Part shown: positions 39,301 through 47,755 of the stretch, one piece after another
Numbering within the stretch: the stretch's first letter is position 1
Layout of the letters: every line of letters starts with the position of its first letter
Virus record (IMG/VR): IMGVR_UViG_3300013132_000051
Span: 1-63,522 of that record
Strand: one strand, 5' to 3'
DNA length: 63,522 nt
Source: a virus
Taxonomy: Duplodnaviria > Caudoviricetes
Position numbers and translations under genes: made by a program
Notes under the pieces: model-generated
What the model saw: the letters and a program-made list of their open reading frames with translations, nothing else
Told to the model about the DNA's origin: nothing
Database searches by the model: none

Positions 39301-42300
39301 CCGGCCCGACCGTTCTTGGAAGAGGGGGCTTCTAGGTAGCCGAAACTCGCTGCCGCCCGAGGGTACTGGACCTGACCCCGGTACGCGAAGGGCGCAATCG
39401 ACACCGTGTCGGTCCGGTAGAACTCTAGGCTCTGGAGCGAGGAGATCCCTGACTGACGGGGCTGTAGGAACGAGATACTCCCGTTTGAGGAGTTGAGGTT
39501 GTAGTCGGCCCCCGGCGCGAGAACCCGACCAGGAAGCTCGTTCCCTGAAGAGTCCTTCTCGCCGTAGAAAACGACCTCCACGCCCTCTTCCGGGAGGTAC
39601 TTGCCCGTGCCGACGAAGGCGGTCGCGCCGTCCGGGTAGACGGGGCGGACGCTGATTCGGACCGCGCTATTCGGCAGCGACGCCGACCAGGAGAACTTCG
39701 TCGGGAAGGGGGATCCGAGCGTGAGGGTCGTGACCCGACCGTCGCTGGATAGATCTGCTTTTACGATCAGGAACGGGTACCCGAGCAGCTCGATGAGATG
39801 GCCCGCGACTGCGTACTCGGTCAGGTCGCCCTCAAACTTGATCTCGATCTGATTAGCGACTACGGGCTCAAACCGAGGCGTCGAGGCAAGCCCGAACGCC
39901 GTTGTCATCTCGACAAAGAACCCCCCGTCTACCGGCCCCGATACTGGCGTAGGCGCGGGGCCGAACGGGTCGATTACTGAGACGACAGCCCGATCCGTCA
40001 ACAAGGACAGCGCGTTCGCCCCCGTGTCGAGCGACCCCGCCGTAAACCGAGGCGCAGGGAACACCGTCACGATGGTCGCGTCCTGAGCGGCATCGTAGGC
40101 GAACGCCCGGAGGTACGTCACGAACGCCCCAAGCCGGAACAACCTACCGACTTCTAGGTCGGCGCTCCTGTCGCCCTCCAAAGCAAACTGCGTAGCCCCG
40201 GCATCGATCCGAAGCGGCGGTCGCCACACCGGAGGGATACTCGCCGTGTACGCCGTCTCGCCACCGAACGCCTCGTAGACTGCGTAGCTGATCGTGACCT
40301 TCGCGGTACTGGGGACCTGCCCGACGAAGCTGATCTGATTCGTCGAGAAGTCCACCGCGCACGTCGGCGGAACCCCGTAAGTGTGCTGGAAGGCGTCCTC
40401 GTAAACGACGGGGCTGACGAGCTGGTCTACCGTGCGGCCTGTCGGGTTGAACGAGTAGACCTGGGACGAGACGCGGGTAGCTACCTCTGCCCGAACGTAA
40501 ACCGGGAGGAACTCCCGGACCCGAACGGGTTGGCCCGCCGAGTCGAGGTAAAGCTCGCCCGTATTCGGCACCGCCCGGAAGTAGACCGCCTCGACTAGTT
40601 GGCCTTCGCGAACGGGATTCGCGATGAACGTGAACGCCCCGAGCACGGGGTTGACCGCCATGTCGGTCGTACCCTCGCAAGAAAGCTGCTCGACGTAGTA
40701 GACGGGCTCCCCGGCGTAGGTCGTGAGGTCTGCCTGTGCCAAATAGACCGAGCCCGTGTTGGGATCGATCTCAGCTTCGCCCGAGGCGAGACTCGCCGGA
40801 GGGAGCCCCTTCTCGACGTAGGTGACGCTCGACCCACCGAGGTTCGCGAACACCGAGCTTCCGAACCGGAGCAGCCCCGGCGTCAGGGTCGTCCCGTCGA
40901 GGTACTCGACGTTGGTTCCGGGGTCCGGCGAGAACGCCGCAACCGGCAAGAGGTCTACGCCGTTCGTGAACTCGACCGTGCCGACGAGCACCGAGAACGA
41001 ACCCGTCGTGAACCGCGCCCCCGCCGAAGGCACCGCGAGCACGTCATTGGCGAGGCCCCCGAGGACGCTCGACCCGAGCACCGTAAGCGGAAGGTCCGCC
41101 CCCGTCTGGTTGAACCTCGCGAAGATGGGCCGACCGCGCTCGATGCTCTTGGCCGAGTCGGCGGGAGCGAGCGTACCCCCGGCGACACCGAGCTTCGTGA
41201 GTACCCGGATCTCAAACGGCTCGACGGGCAACGGGTTGAACGTCTCGTAGACGACATCCGCAACGACCGCCGGATTGATCGTATCCGGGGCTACCCCCTC
41301 GCGCACGAGGTAGCTTTGGACTTGGCCCCCGTCGCCCGCCGGGAAGTCCGGGCTGACCTGAACCTGGGTCGGCGAAATCGCCTTCTCGATTCGGTAGTAG
41401 CCCGCCGCGTCGCCCTTGAGAATCTGGAGGACGTACCCCGGCGTGACCGAGGCGAAGGGCGCACTAGAGTCCGTAAGGGTATCCGACCCCGCCGAGAACG
41501 TGCCCCGGTACCCGAGGAAGCGGACGGGATTGACCCGCTCGATGACGAAGGCTTCGCCGGTCGCTCCGCCGTTCGCTAGGTAGAGCCCGTCGCCTGGATC
41601 TTCGTAGACGAACGGCCCGCCCCGCGTCGAAATCCGGAAGTACCCCCCGAGCGGAGCCAGGAACGTCTCCTCGTAGACGCCGCTCGCCCCGAGGTTGATC
41701 GACGCGAGGGGCGACTCGACGATGCCCTGGAAGTTGCGAGAGCCGAGCCAAGCGAACTTGCTCTGCTCAAACAGGTACCGGACTTCTTTCCAGGGATTCA
41801 GGTTCTTCCTGAACGTCGGGGAGACGCCCGGAGCACCCGCCGACGACAACGCAAAGAACAATCCCTCGTCGTAGCCCGCAAGGTCTTCCCGAGGCGGGAA
41901 GTCCAGAAACTGAAACGGCGTCTCAGAGACGCTGTCCGTGAGTACCTGATCCTCCAGACGGTAAGTATCCCGGTAGTCGGGAACGTCCTGGCTCGCGTCG
42001 AGGTTGCGGGGCGAGCGGTAGAAGCCGAACTCCCCGCCGTAGTCCGGGAGCCAGTTCACGTCTGACGATGAGGTATCCCCCGGAGGCGAAGCGAGCCATC
42101 CCGGAAGGAACCCGAGCGCGCGGCTCCCGGAAGGCGTCGAGAAGCCGATTGCGACCGAACCCGTAACCGAGTCGTCGTCTGCGATTACCACGCGCCCGGA
42201 GAGCACATAGGCGCTGCCCGGAGCCGCCGCTGAGGTGATCGCCGCGTCGAGGCTCGCCGCTACGTCTACTGCCGTGTAGGTGCCCGCCCCGAGCGACGAG

Positions 42301-44276
42301 GCGAACCACGTCACGTCTACGCCGCCGACCCGGAAGAGCAGGGACTCGGACCCCTCAAGGGTGAAAGTATCCCGCACCCTCGAAACGAGCCGAGCCTGTA
42401 CCGCGTAGCTGGCGGGAACGAACTCTGCCTGCTTGAAGTAGAGAGGCTTGCCCTTGAGTTGCTTTCCGACAGCGCTGCCGAAGACGACCTTGGAGCCTAG
42501 CAAGCCGCGCTTCTCTAGGGCAACGTAAGCCGTCGAGCCGGGAATCCGGTACGGGTCCGTCGGTAACTCGTCCTCAAAGGCGACCGTGCGGATCGTCTCG
42601 ACCGCCCGACCCCGCGTAAACAGCGTTGCGTCGCCGAGGCCCGAGGACAAAACCCGAACCGCCCCCGAGTCGCCCGGACGAGGGGCGATAGGGAAAGCGC
42701 CGTCCGGGACGTTTCCCGTCGCGTCTGGGACGTTGAGGATACCCGAGCCGCCGACTCCGAGAAGCCCGTCAGAGTCCGGGATGAACACCTCGCCCGACGG
42801 GTCGTAACTCACGACGGGAGCCCCCGCCCCGTCCACGAGAAGCGTCGGAGCCCGGAGGGGCTGCGGATAGAAGCTCCCCGTTACCCCGTCATAGCGAACG
42901 AGTGCTCCGAGCCATAGCTTATCGAAGCCCGCATTAGGCACCGCCCGCGTACCGGGGTCAGCTTTAGTGATGTCTGCCGGGGAGAGCCGGATCCGGCCCG
43001 TCGAGAGAGCGAACCCGACCTCGCCCTCATTGATGACTGACAGGGCGAGAAGCTGAGCCTCCGTGTCGCAGGCGATGACCGTAAGAGGCTCGCGGTTGCC
43101 GAGCCGGATGATGGGCCGCTCACCGGGACCGGGAACCGGCGCGATGAACAACGGCTCCGTCTTGGCCGCGAGCAGCTCGCCGACGATGCCCGGAGATTTC
43201 TCCTCATAGACAGCGGGCGAGTACCAAACCGTCAGCCCCGCGTAGCTAGAAACCAGCGCCGGGTTCCAGGTCGCTTCTCCCGTCGATACGTTCACGACGC
43301 CCGCCAGCGGGGGCGCTACGCTCGCGAAGTCGTAGCTTGCGTTGGCGAGGTCGTCCGGGACCACGAGCAGGCCCGTGAAGTCTCCCACGCCCCGCTCGAC
43401 CACGGGATAGGCGTTCTCGTCCGGTAGGGCTCCGAGACGGACCGCCGCGTAGACGCTCCCCTCGCCGCCGGGGAGGTAACTACCGACCGGGGTAGAGGGG
43501 CGGGGGGAGAGCTTGTATCCGGAGCCCGAGTCCGAGGAGAGGGGGCCGAGGTTCTTTACCGAGCCGCCCCGGAGCGGGAGCCACTTCGACTTCGCCCCGT
43601 CCCAAGCGAACCGCGTCGAGTAGCGGTCGTTTTTCGTCCACCAGAACCGCGTCTCCGCGAGGTAGTAACTCACCCCCACGACACGGTCCCCGCGCTCGCT
43701 AGACGCGCCCGGAAGGGTTGGGTCTACGGGCTGAGTAGCCGCGACGACCGCCGCCGTCGGAAGGAGAGTCAGCACCCCCGAGGGCGCGTAGACGAAATCC
43801 GTCCCGGCGAGGAGCGTGTACCGAGTCTGAGAGGAATCCCCTCCCCGAATGAACGTCAGCGAGAGCACCCCGGCGATGTCCCGCCCGCCATCGTCGGTCA
43901 CGACAATCCGAGGCGAGGCGTCGGCTACTTCGCCCGAGGTACGGCTCGCGTCGAGAACCGCTACCGTTCCCGAGGTCAGGGCTCCCGAGCCGGTATCCAC
44001 GACCCAGGACGGATCTTCGACGGTCAGGATAGAGCCCGTGTTCGCGGCCCAGACGAGGTATTCCTCCTGGAACTCGCCCCCCTCTAGAATCGCCGCGCGA
44101 TACTGATCGGCCCGAACTGCGACGAGCTGATTCGGGGCCACTCCCGGAAACGGAGACGGGAGCGGGAGGCTGGATAGCTCCTTCGACACCCCGGAGTCTG
44201 CCGGAGCCGACGTAGCGGCGTTCGTCGGCGAAGTCCGGGCACCGACGAGAACCCACCCGTTGAAGTAATCGCTCAT
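33318..44276 (-). CDS. giant (3652 aa) putative virion baseplate/tail protein
   Basis: uninterrupted 10.96-kb ORF; G/P/V/S-rich beta-type composition like the other tail genes; no catalytic motif recognised. Confidence 0.8.
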   Translation of the reverse strand: MSDYFNGWVLVGARTSPTNAATSAPADSGVSKELSSLPLPSPFPGVAPNQLVAVRADQYRAAILEGGEFQEEYLVWAANTGSILTVEDPSWVVDTGSGALTSGTVAVLDASRTSGEVADASPRIVVTDDGGRDIAGVLSLTFIRGGDSSQTRYTLLAGTDFVYAPSGVLTLLPTAAVVAATQPVDPTLPGASSERGDRVVGVSYYLAETRFWWTKNDRYSTRFAWDGAKSKWLPLRGGSVKNLGPLSSDSGSGYKLSPRPSTPVGSYLPGGEGSVYAAVRLGALPDENAYPVVERGVGDFTGLLVVPDDLANASYDFASVAPPLAGVVNVSTGEATWNPALVSSYAGLTVWYSPAVYEEKSPGIVGELLAAKTEPLFIAPVPGPGERPIIRLGNREPLTVIACDTEAQLLALSVINEGEVGFALSTGRIRLSPADITKADPGTRAVPNAGFDKLWLGALVRYDGVTGSFYPQPLRAPTLLVDGAGAPVVSYDPSGEVFIPDSDGLLGVGGSGILNVPDATGNVPDGAFPIAPRPGDSGAVRVLSSGLGDATLFTRGRAVETIRTVAFEDELPTDPYRIPGSTAYVALEKRGLLGSKVVFGSAVGKQLKGKPLYFKQAEFVPASYAVQARLVSRVRDTFTLEGSESLLFRVGGVDVTWFASSLGAGTYTAVDVAASLDAAITSAAAPGSAYVLSGRVVIADDDSVTGSVAIGFSTPSGSRALGFLPGWLASPPGDTSSSDVNWLPDYGGEFGFYRSPRNLDASQDVPDYRDTYRLEDQVLTDSVSETPFQFLDFPPREDLAGYDEGLFFALSSAGAPGVSPTFRKNLNPWKEVRYLFEQSKFAWLGSRNFQGIVESPLASINLGASGVYEETFLAPLGGYFRISTRGGPFVYEDPGDGLYLANGGATGEAFVIERVNPVRFLGYRGTFSAGSDTLTDSSAPFASVTPGYVLQILKGDAAGYYRIEKAISPTQVQVSPDFPAGDGGQVQSYLVREGVAPDTINPAVVADVVYETFNPLPVEPFEIRVLTKLGVAGGTLAPADSAKSIERGRPIFARFNQTGADLPLTVLGSSVLGGLANDVLAVPSAGARFTTGSFSVLVGTVEFTNGVDLLPVAAFSPDPGTNVEYLDGTTLTPGLLRFGSSVFANLGGSSVTYVEKGLPPASLASGEAEIDPNTGSVYLAQADLTTYAGEPVYYVEQLSCEGTTDMAVNPVLGAFTFIANPVREGQLVEAVYFRAVPNTGELYLDSAGQPVRVREFLPVYVRAEVATRVSSQVYSFNPTGRTVDQLVSPVVYEDAFQHTYGVPPTCAVDFSTNQISFVGQVPSTAKVTISYAVYEAFGGETAYTASIPPVWRPPLRIDAGATQFALEGDRSADLEVGRLFRLGAFVTYLRAFAYDAAQDATIVTVFPAPRFTAGSLDTGANALSLLTDRAVVSVIDPFGPAPTPVSGPVDGGFFVEMTTAFGLASTPRFEPVVANQIEIKFEGDLTEYAVAGHLIELLGYPFLIVKADLSSDGRVTTLTLGSPFPTKFSWSASLPNSAVRISVRPVYPDGATAFVGTGKYLPEEGVEVVFYGEKDSSGNELPGRVLAPGADYNLNSSNGSISFLQPRQSGISSLQSLEFYRTDTVSIAPFAYRGQVQYPRAAASFGYLEAPSSKNGRAGGILQATYTFESPDAFYARAVPFQAFAGEVSLELQKAATAQEPSFGPTISSGANKDASSKGRVGLVSERMNLVDRDRVARAFLGFYNAVVSAFEQIEETFNGQLIGERDGKIRLRFGKRDPWTPPGYEDEITGAINPRILWFGAFDAARRGLPVIRLLRTDPILSPRQTVLDGNGRPQGPVQDSASFGRLMDFQATLIQNDLDDVVLVSRGRVERTLAGFIWFKVRAFGNYADLSQANPYSRVFPERTTAFTTTAPGLDFDEATGAPGVYSAGKLGFDPLGFLYGFPFSVRSTTGTAIGTLENPVLGTVQNVLGVAARDRLARARVWAYSPTGFPDVDPASAGLPCFIATPLPLADFPLLSNTGLPDISQLASQSLTPTPTGLNDLATGDPELHTPPFGVGDQLALGVPDGSFTQLGDSGISFPVGIPPVTRYGGVFVNSVLSGCLITLADETGAPIANPSRLVALSAPASGTPIDPQRGDTVFVVPRTGQNFVVSDPPTISEVGALSAALPEYRTGTDLNFNSRTGELIDATLPSFDDPTLFGLKETTGQRPPAPLSTLEARVSFQNGDRLPVKIPALDGGTRLDSGDYSLPYYGSPVSELELLGTAAAALIDLTRSDSPDPPPATPPGVAPAYVTEAVYPDETLGADGGVKVSIDPSALLTSEDLLRATSSGAYPPPPGHAGVGDLAPFDLVFIQEGTGTPGPAGFPAGSTGIHTVGGLLAPGAPLSQIEPPRFASPMSENTRIDYAILNAQAWVDYPAYASGVVVRETVVGPVVTTEFILSSIPAGNIVFDDGAGGGVLPAPVGGWNDVVGWAGKGTAFAFSLIDKATGTYPFSTVIDKTGGGSGPGTSILAGVFTVDIGGPPVAVNASGFYLLTDRVVVVTAAPWFDFTPYGSVIPAPGVTETPGFHDFAVSALVDGGYTASIDVDRLTWRDHIDFRSALPRGFTHPAGAPGALMECGLFIISHAATVYNPAPISVGVTFNANAAINAGLPFTFPARSWIAPSLNGVGTFSPAPSPGGLGAIRVSGFEGRGNVPIEATGITFSAAASSRQSETGPIFNGFAFVSQTPGAGEYQFIQDNYFVVAGSPFTGGVAEIQPGDIAVIRGQVDPAIAPPGTDISSGKVGTYLVRAAVEATPATPPGHRLDLTASVGSAGAWLDFEFPTLIEVDPGGVYLEASSLLPVAPVSDVTGAPVVAPFAFPASGRVYVLLNESDVTVAGSAVSAAYASLDGPNNRFLTLSGFQDGIGGAISLAAFVASATVGKKISGMVAVPVAPSGVGVPPNLPGVTAPDPFVPLANRYYFGFRAVSASYNGGAPSTFDAGLGTIVGVLPAPGELGVYQKTIQPSTSFLPLEAPVYREIPGVLDLSGFPWAALHGGGPACLFPGDSFDLQYHAQAGLFVEPSFPVSGNNLGAPRVNVVDAANSLAANEIGARSYTSYATTLPGPGVSFLELAQIEVRRIRRFHDLLGIAADSLRALRFVYEIRRGIVASFTTSGSASLLVAEPVDTARFPSPFPGGTATQLGDFTLPLLNVNGGDTVRFLGADGLPFAEMDVLSVETDGFTLRLSRKALAAVVPGTRFEVYLRKAPVPHEQSCEELLDLATDVRVLDRKANLVTQQGGKVDYVSDPNLQVAYDQSINKLTDTVPSTNFAKEGVQVGDLLVIDPAGKLRGPTGSPTPSEFGRQPFGDQSVIDRGPGAPYNPGGPSQLDDNRGFYRIKTVNVAVLEVEPLGGALASMRPDPDVVYDASYAVYPTVHGSSLSGAGNGLEGQIDLRPTAFCNGSNSFRGNWFSVAPFSYRVIRPSPFLSDEALELILSTRERLLSWMDELRTLFESGKSGTYFVFQRDRHITDLGDPTDPLLGLGVLFDAYIATIAGLVDVSPYTNTSDALSILDRRFWGLDFRLDTLTPPYSPPLTPPYADFANDEGRPVLPDRIEEVLNQSDKLRDSRWAWLTLRADRVSGTLEAIRRFDRELSRRIVEQKRLLTAVKGTQVR

Positions 44277-44293
44277 GTACCTAGAGGATCGCG

Positions 44294-44938
44294 TTAGACG
44301 ATAACCGAAACGGTCGTCCCGACCGAGGAAGCCGGTCCGAGCGGTCCCGCTGGGGTAACGATACCTGTTCCGGGGAGCGTTATCCCTGTAGAGAAGAATG
44401 TAGAGATACCCGAGGCCAACGCCGAATACAGAACGGGGTTAGAGGCCCCGGAGCCCCCGAGTACCGCCGCGAGAGCCGAGTGGGCGCTCTGGAGAGCCGT
44501 GATCAGGGTCGCGGTATTCGCTGAGGCAACGAGCGAAATATCCGTGCCCTGAGCGACGCCCGCTGAGACGCCCTGGTATTGGAGTGACCCGCTCAACGAC
44601 GAAGTCAGACCCAGCGTCAACGCGCTACCGAGCCGGGAGACCGTCGTGCCCGCGAGCCCCGCTCCCTGGATCGCCGAGGTAATCAAAGCCGGGTCCGCGT
44701 TGAACTGCATGAACCCGAGCACGGTCCCCGCCCCGACGACGCCGGTAGAAACTCCCTGGACCACGACGTTGCCCGGAACAACCGCCCACGTCGCTACCGC
44801 GTTACCGATGGCGTCGCACAAGAGGGGCCAAGTATTCCCTCCGGGGAAGCTCGCCGCCCCACGAATCGCCGACGAGATTGCCGTAGCCGGAACCATCACG
44901 CTAACCGGCGCAAAGGCGGGGAAACGCCCCCGCCTCAT
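44294..44938 (-). CDS. Gly/Ala/Ser-rich putative structural protein
   Basis: small-residue composition; directly upstream of the giant gene; start uncertain (44938 or about 44896). Confidence 0.65.
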   Translation of the reverse strand: MRRGRFPAFAPVSVMVPATAISSAIRGAASFPGGNTWPLLCDAIGNAVATWAVVPGNVVVQGVSTGVVGAGTVLGFMQFNADPALITSAIQGAGLAGTTVSRLGSALTLGLTSSLSGSLQYQGVSAGVAQGTDISLVASANTATLITALQSAHSALAAVLGGSGASNPVLYSALASGISTFFSTGITLPGTGIVTPAGPLGPASSVGTTVSVIV

Positions 44939-46737
44939 TCATCGTTGAACCCCAAGAGGTCGTCTAGGCTGGAGGGAGTCCCGGCTTCCGGGGAGGGCTT
45001 CGCGACCGGGGCTTCCTCGTCCCACGGGTTGGCGATACCGCCCTTGGCCCGGAGGGCGTGATGCTCGATGCGTTGGCGAGCGATCTCTAGGTACTCGTCG
45101 GATTGCTCGATGCCGATGAAGTTGAACCCCTCGTACATCGCCGCGCAACCCGTACTACCGCTGCCCATGAACGGGTCGAGTACCGTCCCGTCCGGTTGGG
45201 TAACTAGCCTCGCAAGCCAGCGCATGAGGGCGATGGGCTTAACGGTGGGGTGAAAGTTCGACGCGGTGCGCCCGCCCCGGTTGCGGGGGTTGTTCGCGCC
45301 GGGGGCGTCGGGGTCCCTCGACTCATCTACTTGGCGCGAGGAGCTACCCGTGACGCCCGCGTCGCGCTCCGAGCGGTTCGCCTTCGCCATGTACCGGAAC
45401 GGGGCCTCCTCTGCCGTGTAGCTGAACTGCGAGAAGAATCGGGACGCGCCCCCGCTGTCTCCGTAAAGTGTACCCGCATCTTCGTTTTGCCGCAGCGATC
45501 CGTCCGCGTTTCCACTAAGCGCAAATCCGGTCGCCGCACCCGTCGAAGATCGGCGGCGATGACCGCTGATCACGGCCTTTCCGCTCGTCAGCGTGCCCGT
45601 CTGCTCGTCGAGTGCCCTCACGGCGCACCCGTCGGCGCACTCCCACACGGGGACTTCTTCTTCACCGCCGCCGACGGACTCGTAAGGGTGTCCCGCCCCG
45701 TCGCCAAACGGCTTCATGCCGTCGGTGAAGCGGTTGATGACCGGGGCTTCAACCGTCTTTGTGCCGATTTGCTTACAGTCGGGAGTGTGAACGAGGACGA
45801 TATTGGCGGGCCAGCGGCCCGAAGGCTGTTGAAAATCACCAGCCCCTCCGTGCTTGTATCGCCAGTTTTCCGTTCCGTCGTGACGCCCTTTACGTCCCGG
45901 CGAAGGATGATCGTGATACGGCATAGTCGCCGCGTCGGGGCAGTTTGGATCGATGCACTGGTACGAATCCCCGTCTTCGGACTTGTACGCGCCACCGTTG
46001 AGGTTGTCCGCCGTTTCGACCCGACAACCGTCGATGTTGAGAGCACCCGTGCCGTGGGCCATGACGTTCTCCGCGACCGTGCCGATGAGGGGCTTCCTGA
46101 ACATGAGTACCGGCTCATGTGCGGGCTTGAGGGCTGTTCCCCAACCCTCCCATTGACGAGCGGCGTCGGTGGCAGGGGCGGTGATGTTGAGATTGGCGCT
46201 GATGTCGTATTGCTGAGCGTTGTAGTTGTAAGCCGTTCCGTTCATCGGGTTTGGCCTGCGACTGGCATACTCCGACCGCCCCACCACCTCCCGCTCCGCA
46301 CCCGCCGCCTTGTCGATGGCCTTGCTCACGTCGAGCGACTTGGGGAAGCCGCTCCCGAATTGGTAAGCCAAAATTCCTTCCACTCGGATCGCATCCCGCG
46401 AATCGAACCCCGCGAGCCGGATAGCGACCCCCATGAGGTCCTGCGTGCGGGTTCCGGCAAACGCAAGTAGGTATCCTCCGGGCTTGAGCACCCGGAGGCA
46501 CTCTCTCCACACCTCGGGTCCGGGCACGAAGGCGTCCCACGACTTGCCCATGAAGCCGGACCCCTTGGGGGAGTAGGGCTTGCCGTCGAGCCACGCCCGA
46601 AGCGCCTCGGCTACATCGTCAGCGTCGTGATTGGACAACCCGTAAGGCGGGTCGGTCACTACCGCGTCTACGCTCTCGGAGGGGAGCGTCTTGAGGACCG
46701 CAAGGCAATCCCCGTGGTGTAGCTTGTACTCGGGCAT
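44935..46737 (-). CDS. DNA amino-methyltransferase (N6A/N4C, beta class), orphan
   Basis: GDCL, TDPPYG (motif IV) before HPTVKP and VLDPFMGSGST (motif I); start MPEYKLHHGD coupled to the upstream stop. Confidence 0.93.
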   Translation of the reverse strand: MPEYKLHHGDCLAVLKTLPSESVDAVVTDPPYGLSNHDADDVAEALRAWLDGKPYSPKGSGFMGKSWDAFVPGPEVWRECLRVLKPGGYLLAFAGTRTQDLMGVAIRLAGFDSRDAIRVEGILAYQFGSGFPKSLDVSKAIDKAAGAEREVVGRSEYASRRPNPMNGTAYNYNAQQYDISANLNITAPATDAARQWEGWGTALKPAHEPVLMFRKPLIGTVAENVMAHGTGALNIDGCRVETADNLNGGAYKSEDGDSYQCIDPNCPDAATMPYHDHPSPGRKGRHDGTENWRYKHGGAGDFQQPSGRWPANIVLVHTPDCKQIGTKTVEAPVINRFTDGMKPFGDGAGHPYESVGGGEEEVPVWECADGCAVRALDEQTGTLTSGKAVISGHRRRSSTGAATGFALSGNADGSLRQNEDAGTLYGDSGGASRFFSQFSYTAEEAPFRYMAKANRSERDAGVTGSSSRQVDESRDPDAPGANNPRNRGGRTASNFHPTVKPIALMRWLARLVTQPDGTVLDPFMGSGSTGCAAMYEGFNFIGIEQSDEYLEIARQRIEHHALRAKGGIANPWDEEAPVAKPSPEAGTPSSLDDLLGFNDE

Positions 46738-46949
46738 CAGAAAATCTCCAAACCGTACTCGACGAGTAGCTCGTGGAGCAGCTTTCTCGCCCATTCTGCC
46801 CGCTCAGCCTCGTCGCCCTCCCGGTACTTCGCGATCTGCCGGAGGCGCTGGTCTAGCTCTGCGACGACCGCTTGCCACTTCGCTCCGTCGAGCGCCGCTC
46901 GGTGCTCGGCTTCTTCGTCGGGTAGAGAGAACTCAAGAGTGGCTTTCAC
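46737..46949 (-). CDS. hypothetical phage protein
   Basis: MKATLEFSLPDE...LR...KY pattern typical of small phage genes; TGATG coupling. Confidence 0.75.
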   Translation of the reverse strand: MKATLEFSLPDEEAEHRAALDGAKWQAVVAELDQRLRQIAKYREGDEAERAEWARKLLHELLVEYGLEIF

Positions 46950-46950
46950 G

Positions 46951-47295
46951 ATGTCAGCACCTTGGTACGTCTACGTCTTACGCGCTCGGCGTCCCGACGG
47001 GAGGGCCGTGTACTATACGGGCGCGACGAATGACCCCGACCGTCGGCTCCGCCAACACAACGGCGAGATAGTTGGGGGCGCGAGGTTCACCCGGAGCTAT
47101 CGACCGTGGGAACGGGTCGCGCTCTACGGGCCGTTCGACGGTCGGGGCGAGGCTCAACGGGTCGAACGCCGGATCAAGACGCTCCCCGCTTCCCGTCGGG
47201 CGTCATACCCAAAGGTACCGCTCGTCCCGGTGACGGCGGGCGCGATTCCGGCGGGCGTAGTACCAGCCCTCGACGGCGAACACGGCGTCGCCTAG
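46951..47295 (+). CDS. GIY-YIG endonuclease, SLX1/UPF0213-like
   Basis: WYVYVL...YTGATNDPDRRLRQHNGEIVGGARFT...RPW...A...E..IK. Confidence 0.88.
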   Translation: MSAPWYVYVLRARRPDGRAVYYTGATNDPDRRLRQHNGEIVGGARFTRSYRPWERVALYGPFDGRGEAQRVERRIKTLPASRRASYPKVPLVPVTAGAIPAGVVPALDGEHGVA

Positions 47296-47318
47296 CTTAG
47301 AGAACAAACGGGCGAACC

Positions 47319-47537
47319 TCATGACTTCTCCTCAATCACGCGCTCCCACGCAGAGGCATCCGCGAGGCTCGTATCCGTCACGACGATAGAACCAGAAAAG
47401 TACCCCCACGGCCCCGGTTGGATGCGGTTCAAGGCGACCTCGCCATCCGGGGACACCGCCATCACGAGGAAGCTACGCCCCCGGTCCCTCCCGTAGAGGC
47501 ACCGATACGTTTGACCCGTGACGACGGCGAAGCTCAT
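47319..47537 (-). CDS. hypothetical protein
   Basis: 72-aa ORF in a tightly packed minus-strand array. Confidence 0.6.
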   Translation of the reverse strand: MSFAVVTGQTYRCLYGRDRGRSFLVMAVSPDGEVALNRIQPGPWGYFSGSIVVTDTSLADASAWERVIEEKS

Positions 47538-47539
47538 GA

Positions 47540-47755
47540 CTAGCTCGTTTGATAGAGAAGACCCGCCGAGAAGTCAGAGTCAGCCTGCTCGTTGAGTCGC
47601 GTCGCGTACACCTGACAGGTGTACTTGCCCCCTCGGTATAGAGCGTGAGCGTCAGCAGCGGCCCGCGCTAGCTCCAACGAGTCATACACGCCCACAACGT
47701 AGGAGTGCTCCTCTCGGTCGCCCCACCGTAGGGCCTCGACGTAGTAGATCATCAC
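47540..47755 (-). CDS. hypothetical protein
   Basis: coupled ORF; HSYVVGVY.S...A...RGGKY. Confidence 0.7.
   Translation of the reverse strand: MMIYYVEALRWGDREEHSYVVGVYDSLELARAAADAHALYRGGKYTCQVYATRLNEQADSDFSAGLLYQTS

Noticed and set aside
36492-46470. Long antisense ORFs (e.g. 36492-37286, 40599-41579, 45250-46470; also 60280-61242)
   Set aside because: Arg/Gly-rich shadow frames expected opposite real genes in GC-rich DNA; no motifs or RBS.
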